A program made the translations under genes and the position numbers. The notes below the pieces were generated by a model. That model made no database searches. It saw only the letters and a program-made list of their open reading frames with translations, and had not been told where the DNA came from. Source: Nitrospirota bacterium (lineage in GTDB: Bacteria; JACPQY01). Taken from it: a stretch of 64,000 nucleotides of DNA. Below, piece by piece: positions 27,994 through 37,323 of the stretch. The stretch is taken from assembly GCA_016180645.1 (NCBI GenBank), contig JACPAV010000021.1:1-64000 (forward strand). The letters run 5' to 3'. The number at the start of each line of letters is the position of its first letter. Within the stretch, counting starts at the first letter, position 1.

Positions 27994-28004
27994 GCTGTGA
28001 CTCG

Positions 28005-29462
28005 ATGGGCAAGATCACCGGATTCCTGGAAAAGCAGCGCGAGCTGCCCCCGGATCGGCCGGTCGGCGATCGCCTCAAAGATTGGAAAGATGTCCATAAG
28101 GAGTTTCCGGAGGAGCTTCTGCGCTCTCAGGCCGGCCGGTGTATGGACTGCGGCGTGCCCTTCTGTCACAAGGGGTGTCCGCTGGGAAATATCATCCCCG
28201 ATTGGAACGATCTGATTTACCGGAACCGCTGGCGGGAGGCGCTGGACCGGTTGCTCTCCACCAACAACTTTCCTGAGTTCACGGGCCGAATCTGTCCGGC
28301 CCCCTGCGAGGACGCGTGTGTGCTCAGTATCAACGACCGACCGGTGACCATCGAGCGGATCGAGCAGGCGATCGTGGAGAACGGCTACCGGCAGGGATGG
28401 ATGACGCCGTCCTCCCCCGCCCGCCGCACGGGCAAGAAGGTGGCGGTGATCGGTTCCGGTCCCTCCGGCCTGGCCTGCGCCGATCAACTCAACAAGGCAG
28501 GACACAAAGTCACGGTGTTCGAACGGGCCGACCGGCCGGGCGGCCTCCTGATGTACGGGATTCCGGATTTCAAATTGGAGAAGCATGTGGTTCGCCGTCG
28601 CCTCGACCTCATGCAGGAGGAGGGAGTCGAATTCAAGACGGGCGCCCACGTGGGCGTCAACGTCCCCGCCGACGATCTTCGCAAGCGATTCGACGCGCTC
28701 GTCCTGGCCGGCGGGGCGACGCAGCCCCGGGACCTGCCGATTCCGGGGCGTGATCTCCAGGGCATCCATTTCGCCATGAACTATCTTCCTCTGCAAAACA
28801 AGCGAAACCAAGGCGATCCGATTGCAGACGCGGATTTTATATCGGCGAAGGACAAGCGGGTGGTCGTTCTCGGGGGGGGGGACACGGGATCGGATTGCCA
28901 CGGGACGGCGCTCCGCCAGGGCTGCCGATCTCTTCTGTCGTTGGAACTCCTGCCCAAACCGCCCGAGCAGCGGATGTCGAACAACCCCTGGCCCGAGTGG
29001 GGACGCGTGTTCCGGACCTCCAGTTCACACGAGGAAGGAGGAAATCGAGATTGGGGCATTCTGACCAAGGAGTTTTGCGGCCGCGAAGGCCGGCTCGCGA
29101 AGATTCGCGTGGTGCGGGTCGATTGGCAGGCCTCGGCGAACGGCGGCCCGCCCAAGATGGTGGAAATCCCCGGATCGGAGTTTGAGATCGAAACCGATCT
29201 CGTCCTGTTGGCGCTTGGATTCCTGGGCCCGGAGAAGGGAACTCTCCTGAAGCAGCTTGGCGTCAACGTGACGGACCTCGGGAGCGTGGCCGTGGATGGA
29301 AGCTACATGACCAACCAGGAGGGAGTGTTCTCGTGCGGGGACATGCGGCGGGGGCAGTCGCTTGTCGTGTGGGCGATCTGGGAGGGCCGTGAGGCTGCGC
29401 GCGGTGTGGACAAGTACCTGATGGGGGAGACCGGCCTCCCCAGCAGTCCGTTCCATTACTAA
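28005..29462 (+). CDS. gltD: glutamate synthase small subunit
   Basis: [69 protein letters not shown]. Confidence 0.97.
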   Translation: MGKITGFLEKQRELPPDRPVGDRLKDWKDVHKEFPEELLRSQAGRCMDCGVPFCHKGCPLGNIIPDWNDLIYRNRWREALDRLLSTNNFPEFTGRICPAPCEDACVLSINDRPVTIERIEQAIVENGYRQGWMTPSSPARRTGKKVAVIGSGPSGLACADQLNKAGHKVTVFERADRPGGLLMYGIPDFKLEKHVVRRRLDLMQEEGVEFKTGAHVGVNVPADDLRKRFDALVLAGGATQPRDLPIPGRDLQGIHFAMNYLPLQNKRNQGDPIADADFISAKDKRVVVLGGGDTGSDCHGTALRQGCRSLLSLELLPKPPEQRMSNNPWPEWGRVFRTSSSHEEGGNRDWGILTKEFCGREGRLAKIRVVRVDWQASANGGPPKMVEIPGSEFEIETDLVLLALGFLGPEKGTLLKQLGVNVTDLGSVAVDGSYMTNQEGVFSCGDMRRGQSLVVWAIWEGREAARGVDKYLMGETGLPSSPFHY

Positions 29463-29598
29463 GAGCCTCTGACAGAACGCCGATTCGTAGGGGAGCATCT
29501 TCAGATGCTCCCTCTTGTCCTTGCCTCCTCGTAGGGGAGCACCTACAGGTGCTCCCTCTTGGTTGCTCCCTCTTGTCTACGCATTCTGCTAGACGCTC
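29463..29598. mobile_element. REP-carrying MITE (copy 2)
   Basis: Ends GAGCCTCTGACAGAACGC / GCATTCTGCTAGACGCTC with TAA on both flanks (the left TAA is the gltD stop); interior GTAG-GGGAGCATCTTCAGATGCTCCC and GTAG-GGGAGCACCTACAGGTGCTCCC. Confidence 0.8.
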
Positions 29599-29650
29599 TA
29601 AGAACTGCGACACCTTGACTTCACGGGTCAAGATATGCGATAGGGCGATC

Positions 29651-30142
29651 ATGAAAAAGTCGTTCCTTACCCTCCCGCTTTCACTTCTGTGCCTGGCGAA
29701 TCTGTCCTGCGGGAGTGCCTACGATGACGCGTCCTCATCGCCCAACACGACGGTCCAGGAGCCGTCGACGAGTGCACCGGCCACTTCTGATCAGGGCTCT
29801 ACACCTGCAACACCGGCGGCTCCGGCGGAGGGGACGCTCAGTGGGTCGGTGCAGCCGATACTCACGGCCAATTGCTCGTGCCATTTGGGTGCACTGGCTC
29901 CAGCCGGAATGAATCTCGAATCGGGAAAAGCCTTCGCGAGCACCGTGGGGGTTCAGTCGACGGTTGGCTCCTGCACGAAACTCAAGCGGATCGAGGCGGG
30001 CAAGGCGGATGACAGTGTTCTAATCAAGCGCGTGGAAGGGAGTTCCTGCGGAGCCCAGATGCCGAAAGGGCGGACGCCGCTTTCGGCGGACCATGTCTCC
30101 ACGATCCGGAAATGGATCGAGGCGGGGGCTCCCAATAATTAG
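29651..30142 (+). CDS. lipoprotein with cytochrome c-like domain (CxCH motif)
   Basis: Signal ending LSC, Pro/Thr/Ala linker, VQPILTANCSCH...SVLIKRV...QMP...IRKWIEAGA, resembling Planctomycete-type monoheme domains. Confidence 0.75.
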   Translation: MKKSFLTLPLSLLCLANLSCGSAYDDASSSPNTTVQEPSTSAPATSDQGSTPATPAAPAEGTLSGSVQPILTANCSCHLGALAPAGMNLESGKAFASTVGVQSTVGSCTKLKRIEAGKADDSVLIKRVEGSSCGAQMPKGRTPLSADHVSTIRKWIEAGAPNN

Positions 30143-30162
30143 TGATGAGTGAAGCGTGATGA

Positions 30163-31329
30163 GTGATGAGAGAAAGAGCAACGGCGGCAAAGACTCATTC
30201 TAGGTTTCTTCCGGTTCTTTTCCTTCTCATCACTACTTACTCTTCACTCATCACGCGCTCCGCGTACGGCGAGCCGTATCTGGCTGTTCGCTCCGGAGAG
30301 AAGTGTCTCGTCTGTCACGTGAACATGACGGGGGGGGGGAAGCGGACGGACCACGGCGCCAAGTACGGCCAGAAGTACCTGCCCATCATCGAATCGGAGC
30401 CCGTTTCGTTTCGATTTTCCAATGTTTTGGCCATAGGCTCCGATGTGCGAGTGGACGAATCGAATCGGCGCTACCGCAAGCCCGAGTCCCTGCGTTCGAG
30501 TCTCGCGCCCGGGGTGGCACCCACCAAGAACGGAAACGGCGTGGAAGCCGGCCAAGCGAGCTTCTACGTCGAGGCGAACATGCTCGACAGTGCCGTGAAT
30601 TTTTATCTCGACGAATCGTTCGCGCCGGCCGCAACCACCCGGGAGGTGTTTATGAGGGCCGAACATCTGGATTCACGCTCGTACGTGAAGGTGGGACACT
30701 TCTTCATGCCGTACGGCCTACGGGTCGTGAACAACGAAACGTTCATTCGCGAGCAGACCGGCTACACGATGACCCAGGGAGGCGACGGGATTGAATTAGG
30801 CCTGGAGCCGGATCCCATCGACCTCACGTCTGTTCGAATCGCGGTGGTGGACGATGCGGCCACCGGGCCGGATGCGTCCGGCGTGGTCGAGGCTGTGCAC
30901 GATCTATTCCGGATCGGCGCTTCAGGCGGCTATCAATCGGGGGACGGCTCCGATCGCAGCGCACTCGGAGAGTATCTCGGCATTCGGCTCACCCGGTACG
31001 CCCAGATCCTTCAGGAACTCGACTTCCTTTCTGAAATCCGCCCCGGCAAGGATGAAACGGCCCTCATCCACTACCTGGAGGCCAATGTCACCCCGCACAA
31101 GGGGGTCAACCTGAAGGGCTTTTACGAACGTTGGTCGCCAAGCAAAGGCGCCGCGTCCTTGTGCAGGGCCGGACTCGATCGATTCGGCGGCGGCGTGGAA
31201 ACTTTTCCTGTCCCGTTCGTGCGATTGGGCGTTTCGAGTTCATTCACCATTGTGGGAGACGACTACGCCCCTGTCCTTGGCCACGACCGCGCCTTCTCCT
31301 TCCTCGCCCAGGCCCACCTGTTTTTCTGA
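30163..31329 (+). CDS. monoheme cytochrome c fused to an outer-membrane beta-barrel
   Basis: Signal ending AYG, EPYLAVRSGEKCLVCHVNMTGGG, amphipathic strands, KVGHFFMPYG, C-terminal AQAHLFF beta-signal. Confidence 0.75.
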   Translation: MMRERATAAKTHSRFLPVLFLLITTYSSLITRSAYGEPYLAVRSGEKCLVCHVNMTGGGKRTDHGAKYGQKYLPIIESEPVSFRFSNVLAIGSDVRVDESNRRYRKPESLRSSLAPGVAPTKNGNGVEAGQASFYVEANMLDSAVNFYLDESFAPAATTREVFMRAEHLDSRSYVKVGHFFMPYGLRVVNNETFIREQTGYTMTQGGDGIELGLEPDPIDLTSVRIAVVDDAATGPDASGVVEAVHDLFRIGASGGYQSGDGSDRSALGEYLGIRLTRYAQILQELDFLSEIRPGKDETALIHYLEANVTPHKGVNLKGFYERWSPSKGAASLCRAGLDRFGGGVETFPVPFVRLGVSSSFTIVGDDYAPVLGHDRAFSFLAQAHLFF

Positions 31330-31418
31330 GAAGTAACGGCCCGACGCCTGAGGGATAGGGAATGGGGGACGTTGCATGGAATAGTACTTATTCAAGCCAT
31401 GTGTTGGGAGAGAACAAA

Positions 31419-31536
31419 GGGGTCAAGTCTTGACTTGATACTTCTGAGGATCGCCGATGGAGCAAGTTGTGCCAAGTCAAGACCAACCCGTCCGCCCGCG
31501 CTGTCCCCAAGTAGTATCAAATCAAGACTTGACCCC
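31419..31536. mobile_element. MITE-like element with 24-bp terminal inverted repeats
   Basis: GGGGTCAAGTCTTGACTTGATACT ... AGTATCAAATCAAGACTTGACCCC (1 mismatch), non-coding interior. Confidence 0.6.
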
Positions 31537-31545
31537 ATGCCTCAA

Positions 31546-31632
31546 GAGCTTCTGACAGAATGCCGATTCGTAGGGGAGCATCTTCAGATGCTCCCCCTTG
31601 TCGGGAGGGTCTGAAGACCCTCCCCTACGCAT
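31546..31632. mobile_element. REP-carrying MITE (copy 3, right end lost)
   Basis: Left end GAGCTTCTGACAGAATGC, then both REP types as an inverted doublet; only GCAT of the right end remains. Confidence 0.7.
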
Positions 31633-31791
31633 CATGACCAACATAAACCTTTCAAAAAATGGCAAAAGTCGAGCTAAGCCTTGTGAGAAGACAAAGGTTA
31701 CATCTGTGATCTGTTTTTCTGAGAGGCATTCAGAGTCAGGCATTCGGGGTCCATGCTGAAAGCCGATGGCCGATCGCCGAAAGCTTGATTC

Positions 31792-34497
31792 CTACCGGTT
31801 GAACTTGGAGAGGGCGTTGATTTCGGGATCGGTGTTGGGGTCGCCGCGGTTGAAGGCGGGCATGTTGTCCTTGGTGTAGTAGTTGCCGTACTTGCCGTTC
31901 CACAGGAGGCCATGGCCCATGTTGTAGAGGATGACGCCGGTGCGCGGGCCGAGCGATACGGTTTCCTCGTACACGTTCGGATGGGTGCCCAGATTGTGCC
32001 CTCCGCCCTGTTCGTGGCGGCGGGGCCTTCTTGACCCCCGGACGGCAATCGAAGATCCGTCTCCCCAGTGCCGGAGGGGCATGCCCGGGGGCCCGGAGTA
32101 GTTCGTGATCACGTCCGAATAGCGGCCCTTCACGTCCGCCAGCAGCGATTTGAAAGTGAAGTTTTCGTCGTTCTCCGACAGGTGGAAGATTTTCCGCGCG
32201 CCGCCGCTCTCCTTCAAAATGAGGTCGATCGCGTCGACGTTCTTGAACACCTCGTCCAGGAAGCCTTCGTATGCCTCCATGAATTCCGAGTAAGGGGGCT
32301 GGTAGCCGAGAGAGGACTGCGTCTGTGCCGTGATAAAGAATCCGTCGTATCGTTCGCCCTCCGGCAGATCCTTCATGGCCACCTCGCGAAGCCCTTTGAT
32401 CGCCATGTAGTGTTGGGGATTGATTTCCGTCGTGAAGAGGTCCCGCGGGAAACCCGGATCGAGCCCCGTTCGGGCCATCTCATCGAGGTCCTGCTTCCTG
32501 TCCTTGTCGGCGCCCGTCGGATCCTTGAATTTGTACTCGTATTCCACCTCGGCCCGCCCCACGAGCCATTCGGGAAAGACCTCTCCGGGGTTTGTGAGCC
32601 ATCCCGCTTTCTTCACGGTTCCATCGGGGGCCACGGTTTTCAGCGTGAGGAGGTCCATGGCCACCCGGATGCAGATGGCCGGACCGCAGGAGCGATTGAC
32701 CAGGCCGCTCCCGGTGTTGTTTGAGGGCAGTTCGTCGGCGTAGACCAACTCGGTGAGTTTGGAGTAGTCCATCCCTTTCCGAAGGACGAGGGAGAAGCCG
32801 CTGAGAATCTCCAGCTTCCCGCCCAAGTAGAAATAGGGATTGTCCATCGGAAGCAGCGCATACTGTGCGCGGACGTCGAAGTCCTTCACCTCCATCGGGG
32901 CTTGGTCTTGGACGGATGCCAGGCTCGTTTTCGCGAGTTGCCGTCCGAGACTTTGCATCCGGCCGAGGTTGGTTCCCCCCTGACGGTCCGGCCCGAAATT
33001 CGGCACGAGGGCAATGCTTCTTCCCCCCTCCAGCAAGGGGATGGGGCTGTCCGACGATTCGGATCCTTCGATGGAATTCCCGTCGCAATCCACGTACCGT
33101 CCCTGTGCGTCGATCTTGGGAATCGGATTGCCGAGCGGTCCCGTGAGCCCTCCCTGGGGGCCGATCTGGAAGAGGCAGGTCCCGCCGATTTTGGATTCGA
33201 CGAAGTTGCAGACGTTTTCGGCATAGTCGCCGGTAAGTTTGGTGTTGGATCCCGGGCCGGCCTCGACGTGGGCGCCCCACACCACGAATGTGGCCAGGAC
33301 TTCGCTCGGATGGTCCGCGGAGACGAACTGCCACGTGTATACGTTGAAATCGAGGACCGTAGGCATGCGGGAATCGCCGTTCAGGAACCGCACCGGCTTT
33401 TCCTGAAGGTCTTTCGGGGTCATGCACTCCACTCCGGCGTCGACCATGCCGTTGTCGAGAATGCCCCGGTCCTCATCGGTGTTGGGCACGCCGTCTTCGT
33501 TGCAATCGATCTCCGCCTCCACGATGCCGTCCCCGTCGGCGTCCCTGAAATCGTCCGTATGCTGGAAGCTCTTCCTGAAACAGCCGACTTCCTTGTGGGG
33601 CTGGTCCCGCTCGGCGAAGCGCATCTTGGCCGGCTTCATCCCGGCGAGCGCCTCTCGGAGCGCATCGGCGGTCCGGTCTTCCACCCAGAGCCAGTAGGGG
33701 TAGTTGTGAAAATTCATCGCGCCCACCGGGAAGGCGAGCTCCAGCACGCCTTCGATCTTCAGGAGATCTCCGATGCGAACGCCGCCGGGACCCTTGATGT
33801 CGAAGTTCTTCAAAAGGTTCGGACCCCAGAGGCCTTGCGGGTCCGGGAGGGAATGGTTGTGATGGACATACAGGATGATGTTTTCTTTGCGGATACGGCC
33901 GTTCGTTTCACCCGCGAGCCTCTCGCGCAATCCCGCGAGTTGGAGCGTCGGGAAGCCGACGAAGGGGAGACCGATCACCGCGGTCACCTCGTCGTTCTGC
34001 TGGAGCACCATAGCTTTGGCATAGATGCTTGCTTCGGTGTCGATGCTCGTGGCGGGACGGCCTTCGTCGTAACCGCCCATCCAGAGCGCCTCGAATTGGC
34101 CGTTCCTGTTGGCGTCTACGAAACCTTCCCGGCAGGTTGCAGGGTCCGGATCCGGCTTGTCCAAGTAGCCTTCATAGATCTCGGAGGAGTTGCGTTGGCG
34201 GTGGCCGGGCTCGCGCCATTCCCAGCATCCATCCGAGACTCCGTCGGCCGGCTTCGCGGGGTAGGGCAGGCTCGGGGAATCGAGTTCGTCGCTGTAGTGG
34301 ATCGGCAGCTCGAAGCAGAATTTGCCGCTCGGGCAGGACCCGTCCGAGTTGTAGGGAACGGGCATGATGTCCACTTTCGACGCGCCCGCTCGGAACCGGC
34401 CGTCTTTCGGCAGTTCGACCTGGAATTGAGGTTCGAGCGACTTGCTGCACGAGACCGCGAGCGCGAGGGAGATGAGGATCGGGATGGGCTTCCGCAT
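31792..34497 (-). CDS. neutral ceramidase-like metallo-hydrolase lipoprotein
   Basis: Lipobox LAVSC; RAGASKVDIMP, WMGGYDEGRPA, HHNHSLPD, WGAHVE, PGEVFPE, YEETVSLGP; DxDxDG-type acidic loops. Confidence 0.65.
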   Translation of the reverse strand: MRKPIPILISLALAVSCSKSLEPQFQVELPKDGRFRAGASKVDIMPVPYNSDGSCPSGKFCFELPIHYSDELDSPSLPYPAKPADGVSDGCWEWREPGHRQRNSSEIYEGYLDKPDPDPATCREGFVDANRNGQFEALWMGGYDEGRPATSIDTEASIYAKAMVLQQNDEVTAVIGLPFVGFPTLQLAGLRERLAGETNGRIRKENIILYVHHNHSLPDPQGLWGPNLLKNFDIKGPGGVRIGDLLKIEGVLELAFPVGAMNFHNYPYWLWVEDRTADALREALAGMKPAKMRFAERDQPHKEVGCFRKSFQHTDDFRDADGDGIVEAEIDCNEDGVPNTDEDRGILDNGMVDAGVECMTPKDLQEKPVRFLNGDSRMPTVLDFNVYTWQFVSADHPSEVLATFVVWGAHVEAGPGSNTKLTGDYAENVCNFVESKIGGTCLFQIGPQGGLTGPLGNPIPKIDAQGRYVDCDGNSIEGSESSDSPIPLLEGGRSIALVPNFGPDRQGGTNLGRMQSLGRQLAKTSLASVQDQAPMEVKDFDVRAQYALLPMDNPYFYLGGKLEILSGFSLVLRKGMDYSKLTELVYADELPSNNTGSGLVNRSCGPAICIRVAMDLLTLKTVAPDGTVKKAGWLTNPGEVFPEWLVGRAEVEYEYKFKDPTGADKDRKQDLDEMARTGLDPGFPRDLFTTEINPQHYMAIKGLREVAMKDLPEGERYDGFFITAQTQSSLGYQPPYSEFMEAYEGFLDEVFKNVDAIDLILKESGGARKIFHLSENDENFTFKSLLADVKGRYSDVITNYSGPPGMPLRHWGDGSSIAVRGSRRPRRHEQGGGHNLGTHPNVYEETVSLGPRTGVILYNMGHGLLWNGKYGNYYTKDNMPAFNRGDPNTDPEINALSKFNR

Positions 34498-35951
34498 TAT
34501 GGCAGCGGTCCTTCCGGTTGAAGGGTTGGGGCGGATTCCGAAGCAGGTGCTTCTTCGGGGTCCACGGCACGTCCGAATCGATAGATGATGCCAACGTTCA
34601 GGAAACTTACGGCATTGGTATATTTTCCCGGCGCCGCCGGTTTCTGGAGTGATTCGTTGAGATCGACGGTTCGGTCACCATACAGGACTTGGACGAAGGC
34701 CGCCTTGACGCTCAAGTCCTCGGCGACTTTCACGTCCGCCCCGAGAGTAGCCGCCATTTTGTTCGAATCGAACGTGGCGGGCGTGAGCCATGAGTCCGGG
34801 ATGGCGTTGGAATCGAAACTGCCGCCGAGAAAGGGAGAGACACGATCCGTGTAGGCGTACTTGAATCCCAGGCGGACTCCGAACGCGTCCTGAAACTGCT
34901 GCTCGCTCACTTGCCGTTCGGGGATCAGGTTGTGCCTCCGGTCAAAGGTTTCCAGCCGGATTGCGTCGAAGGAAGACCAATCCACCCACTCCATGTAGAG
35001 CCTCGTCCGGAGTTTTGAGGTGGGATAGTAGTCGAAGGACGATTTGAGCGAAGCCGGCAGCGTATATTTGGCCGTGACGCCCGCGAGCAAGGGCTGAATT
35101 CGATCGGCCTCCGAAGGGGTGGGATCGAGGATGATGCCTCCGTCGCCCGTTCGGCAACCAACGCGCCGGCACAGGAAGGAGCCATCGGGCGTGAGCGAGA
35201 ACACTCCTTTGGACTCCACGGATGTAGGCGTGGTGAAACTTGCCCCGAATCTCCAGGAGTCATAGTTGAAAAAGACGCCGAGAATTCCGCTGAAGGCATT
35301 GCCGGCCAGGTTGTCCAAGTGCCGGATGGCATCCACGTCCTGGGATTCCGGCTTGCCCCCAGTGAGCGTTGCCGCGATGTCCGCATGCGCGGTGCTGTCC
35401 AGGAAGGCTCGCACATAGCTGAATCCGAAACCGACAAAGGCGTGTTCCGTCAGAGGATGGGCGTAGGCCGGCGTCACATAGTAATGGGTGAGAGTGCTTT
35501 CGGTGGAAAAATATTTCTGAGCTCCGTTCGGGTCGTCCCATTCGGAGGAGGAGCCAAAGGGAGCATAGGCGCCGATGCCGAAAACTCCTTCTCCGGCGGG
35601 GTGGGAGAATCCGGCGAATGGGAAGGGGAAGCGATTGCTGAGACTGGCCTTCCGGGAGGTGGCCGAATCGCGGAGCAGCCACTCGCCGGTATTCTGGTCT
35701 TGGAAGTACTCGTGGCTGCGCGTGTAGCTGCTGGTTCGGAAGAAGTAGCTCGCGTCGAGCATTGCCGCCGGGGTGGGGTCACCTCCCAAGGCGGCGGGGT
35801 TCCAGAAAACGGCGGAGGGGTTGGCCTCCGTGGGACCGCTGTCGGGTCCGCCGACCTGCGTGATGTAGAAGCCGCTCGCGCGGGCGAATTTCATCCCATG
35901 CAAGGCAGTCGTGAACAGGAGGGTGAGGGCGATCAGCGCGGTAGGACGCAT
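34497..35951 (-). CDS. FadL/OmpP1-family outer-membrane lipid transporter
   Basis: ASGFYI...SAVFWNPAAL, GIGAYAPFG, WVDWSSFD, barrel ending IIYRF plus a Pro-rich tail; start set at MRPTALIAL; 1-bp overlap with the downstream gene. Confidence 0.85.
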   Translation of the reverse strand: MRPTALIALTLLFTTALHGMKFARASGFYITQVGGPDSGPTEANPSAVFWNPAALGGDPTPAAMLDASYFFRTSSYTRSHEYFQDQNTGEWLLRDSATSRKASLSNRFPFPFAGFSHPAGEGVFGIGAYAPFGSSSEWDDPNGAQKYFSTESTLTHYYVTPAYAHPLTEHAFVGFGFSYVRAFLDSTAHADIAATLTGGKPESQDVDAIRHLDNLAGNAFSGILGVFFNYDSWRFGASFTTPTSVESKGVFSLTPDGSFLCRRVGCRTGDGGIILDPTPSEADRIQPLLAGVTAKYTLPASLKSSFDYYPTSKLRTRLYMEWVDWSSFDAIRLETFDRRHNLIPERQVSEQQFQDAFGVRLGFKYAYTDRVSPFLGGSFDSNAIPDSWLTPATFDSNKMAATLGADVKVAEDLSVKAAFVQVLYGDRTVDLNESLQKPAAPGKYTNAVSFLNVGIIYRFGRAVDPEEAPASESAPTLQPEGPLP

Positions 35952-36053
35952 CGCCGCGGATTGTACCAATGGGCCGGTCAAAGGCAAGCCCTCTGCGTTG
36001 ACTTTGTGTGATTCCAAGAGTAAAATACCGCTCTTGAAAGGATAAGGATATCC

Positions 36054-37205
36054 ATGAGAGTCAGTGTCGCAAGGAAGATTTCCATCGTTCTGCTCGCTTC
36101 CGCCTTCATCGGCTGTGAGAATGACAAGGGGGGCAGCGGGTCAACTTCCGCGGGTCCGGCGGGAAACCAAATTGAGAAGATGGGACCGGCTAAGATTTCC
36201 ACCCCAAGCGATGTCCAGGCCTCGCTCGATTCGTATGGCAACGGAACGAGTGGGTATGTTTCCCTGGTGAATCGACTTCTGGCGACCAGCAAGCATTTCA
36301 TCTCTTCGGTTCAGGGTCTGAATCTTTCGAACGACAGCGCGCAGTTGCCGTTCTCGACCGCGCCGCTCAGACCTCAGGCCACGGCCACGCCTTGCCCCAA
36401 GATCGGAAGCAATGGGAGTTTCAAGACGGTCGATGGTTCACTGGAAGGGAACCTGAGCCTGACCGTCGATTTCGGGGTTACCGGCTGCACGCCGAAGGAA
36501 GTCAAGGAAGGCATCCTGTTCGGAAAGATCGACGTCGATCTCAACGCGGAGAAGGCCGCGGGCGACTGGACGTTCCGATACGAAGGGTTCAAGGTCATCA
36601 ACAAGGGCGCCCAGATCGTAGTCGGCGCCGACGGCTCCATCAAAGTCGCCTGGATTGGAAAGGCTATCCCGATGATGGCCGGATCCACGGGCGCGCCGTC
36701 CGACATGACCACCACTCTCGATCTCAAGGGGGTGGACTCCGGACGTGAAGTGTCGGTCAAGGGCGAGAGCGTGTTCAAACAGAAAACGAGCACCATTTTC
36801 GATACGACCGAGGACATGGAGGTGGCGGTCAGCGGCATCACCCATCTCCTGAAGGGCAGTTCGCTCCAGGAGATTCAGTCCGGAAAACTTGTCTCGATCA
36901 CTCCGCTTGGAACGCCGGAGGTTCAGGAGGGCGAGGAGGCGAAGCTGAAACTGGATCAACGCGTGGATTACGGCAACTCCGTTTTCGGCCGCCTGGTGAT
37001 TGAGAGTAATCGCGCGGTCTTGTCCTCCAGCTGTTCCAAGAACCCCGTTTCCGGCGAGACCACGCTTTCGAACGAGCTGGGCGCGGCGAAACTGACCTAT
37101 CGGGACGCTTGCGAGGGGAAGGCACTGGCCACGATCAACGGGCAATCAGCGGGAGACTTGAATACGGTGACGCTTCAGCCGGTCGCCACCGTTCCTCAGC
37201 GGTAG
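36054..37205 (+). CDS. lipoprotein of unknown function
   Basis: Signal ending FIGC; beta-rich; C-terminal CSKNPVSG...CEG...NG. Confidence 0.75.
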   Translation: MRVSVARKISIVLLASAFIGCENDKGGSGSTSAGPAGNQIEKMGPAKISTPSDVQASLDSYGNGTSGYVSLVNRLLATSKHFISSVQGLNLSNDSAQLPFSTAPLRPQATATPCPKIGSNGSFKTVDGSLEGNLSLTVDFGVTGCTPKEVKEGILFGKIDVDLNAEKAAGDWTFRYEGFKVINKGAQIVVGADGSIKVAWIGKAIPMMAGSTGAPSDMTTTLDLKGVDSGREVSVKGESVFKQKTSTIFDTTEDMEVAVSGITHLLKGSSLQEIQSGKLVSITPLGTPEVQEGEEAKLKLDQRVDYGNSVFGRLVIESNRAVLSSSCSKNPVSGETTLSNELGAAKLTYRDACEGKALATINGQSAGDLNTVTLQPVATVPQR

Positions 37206-37210
37206 GCGCG

Positions 37211-37323
37211 GGCCATGGTCCATGCCGCACCATCCGTGGTGCGGCGACATATCATGGTCCCATACCCTCCGTGGCATGGGGCTTTAGCCCGCGTCTTGTG
37301 CGCAGGCTGAAGCCTGCGGCTAC
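37211..37323. repeat. double-hairpin repeat fused to a REP doublet, overlapping the bioB stop
   Basis: GCCGCACCA-TCCG-TGGTGCGGC hairpin, then GGGCTTTAGCCC and CGCAGGCTGAAGCCTGCGGCTAC; between convergent genes. Confidence 0.7.

Noticed and set aside
29614-29632. CTTGAC-N7-GTCAAG as an Fnr/Crp site for the cytochrome genes
   Set aside because: Spacing does not fit TTGAT-N4-ATCAA; it may be just a -35 box, too weak to call.
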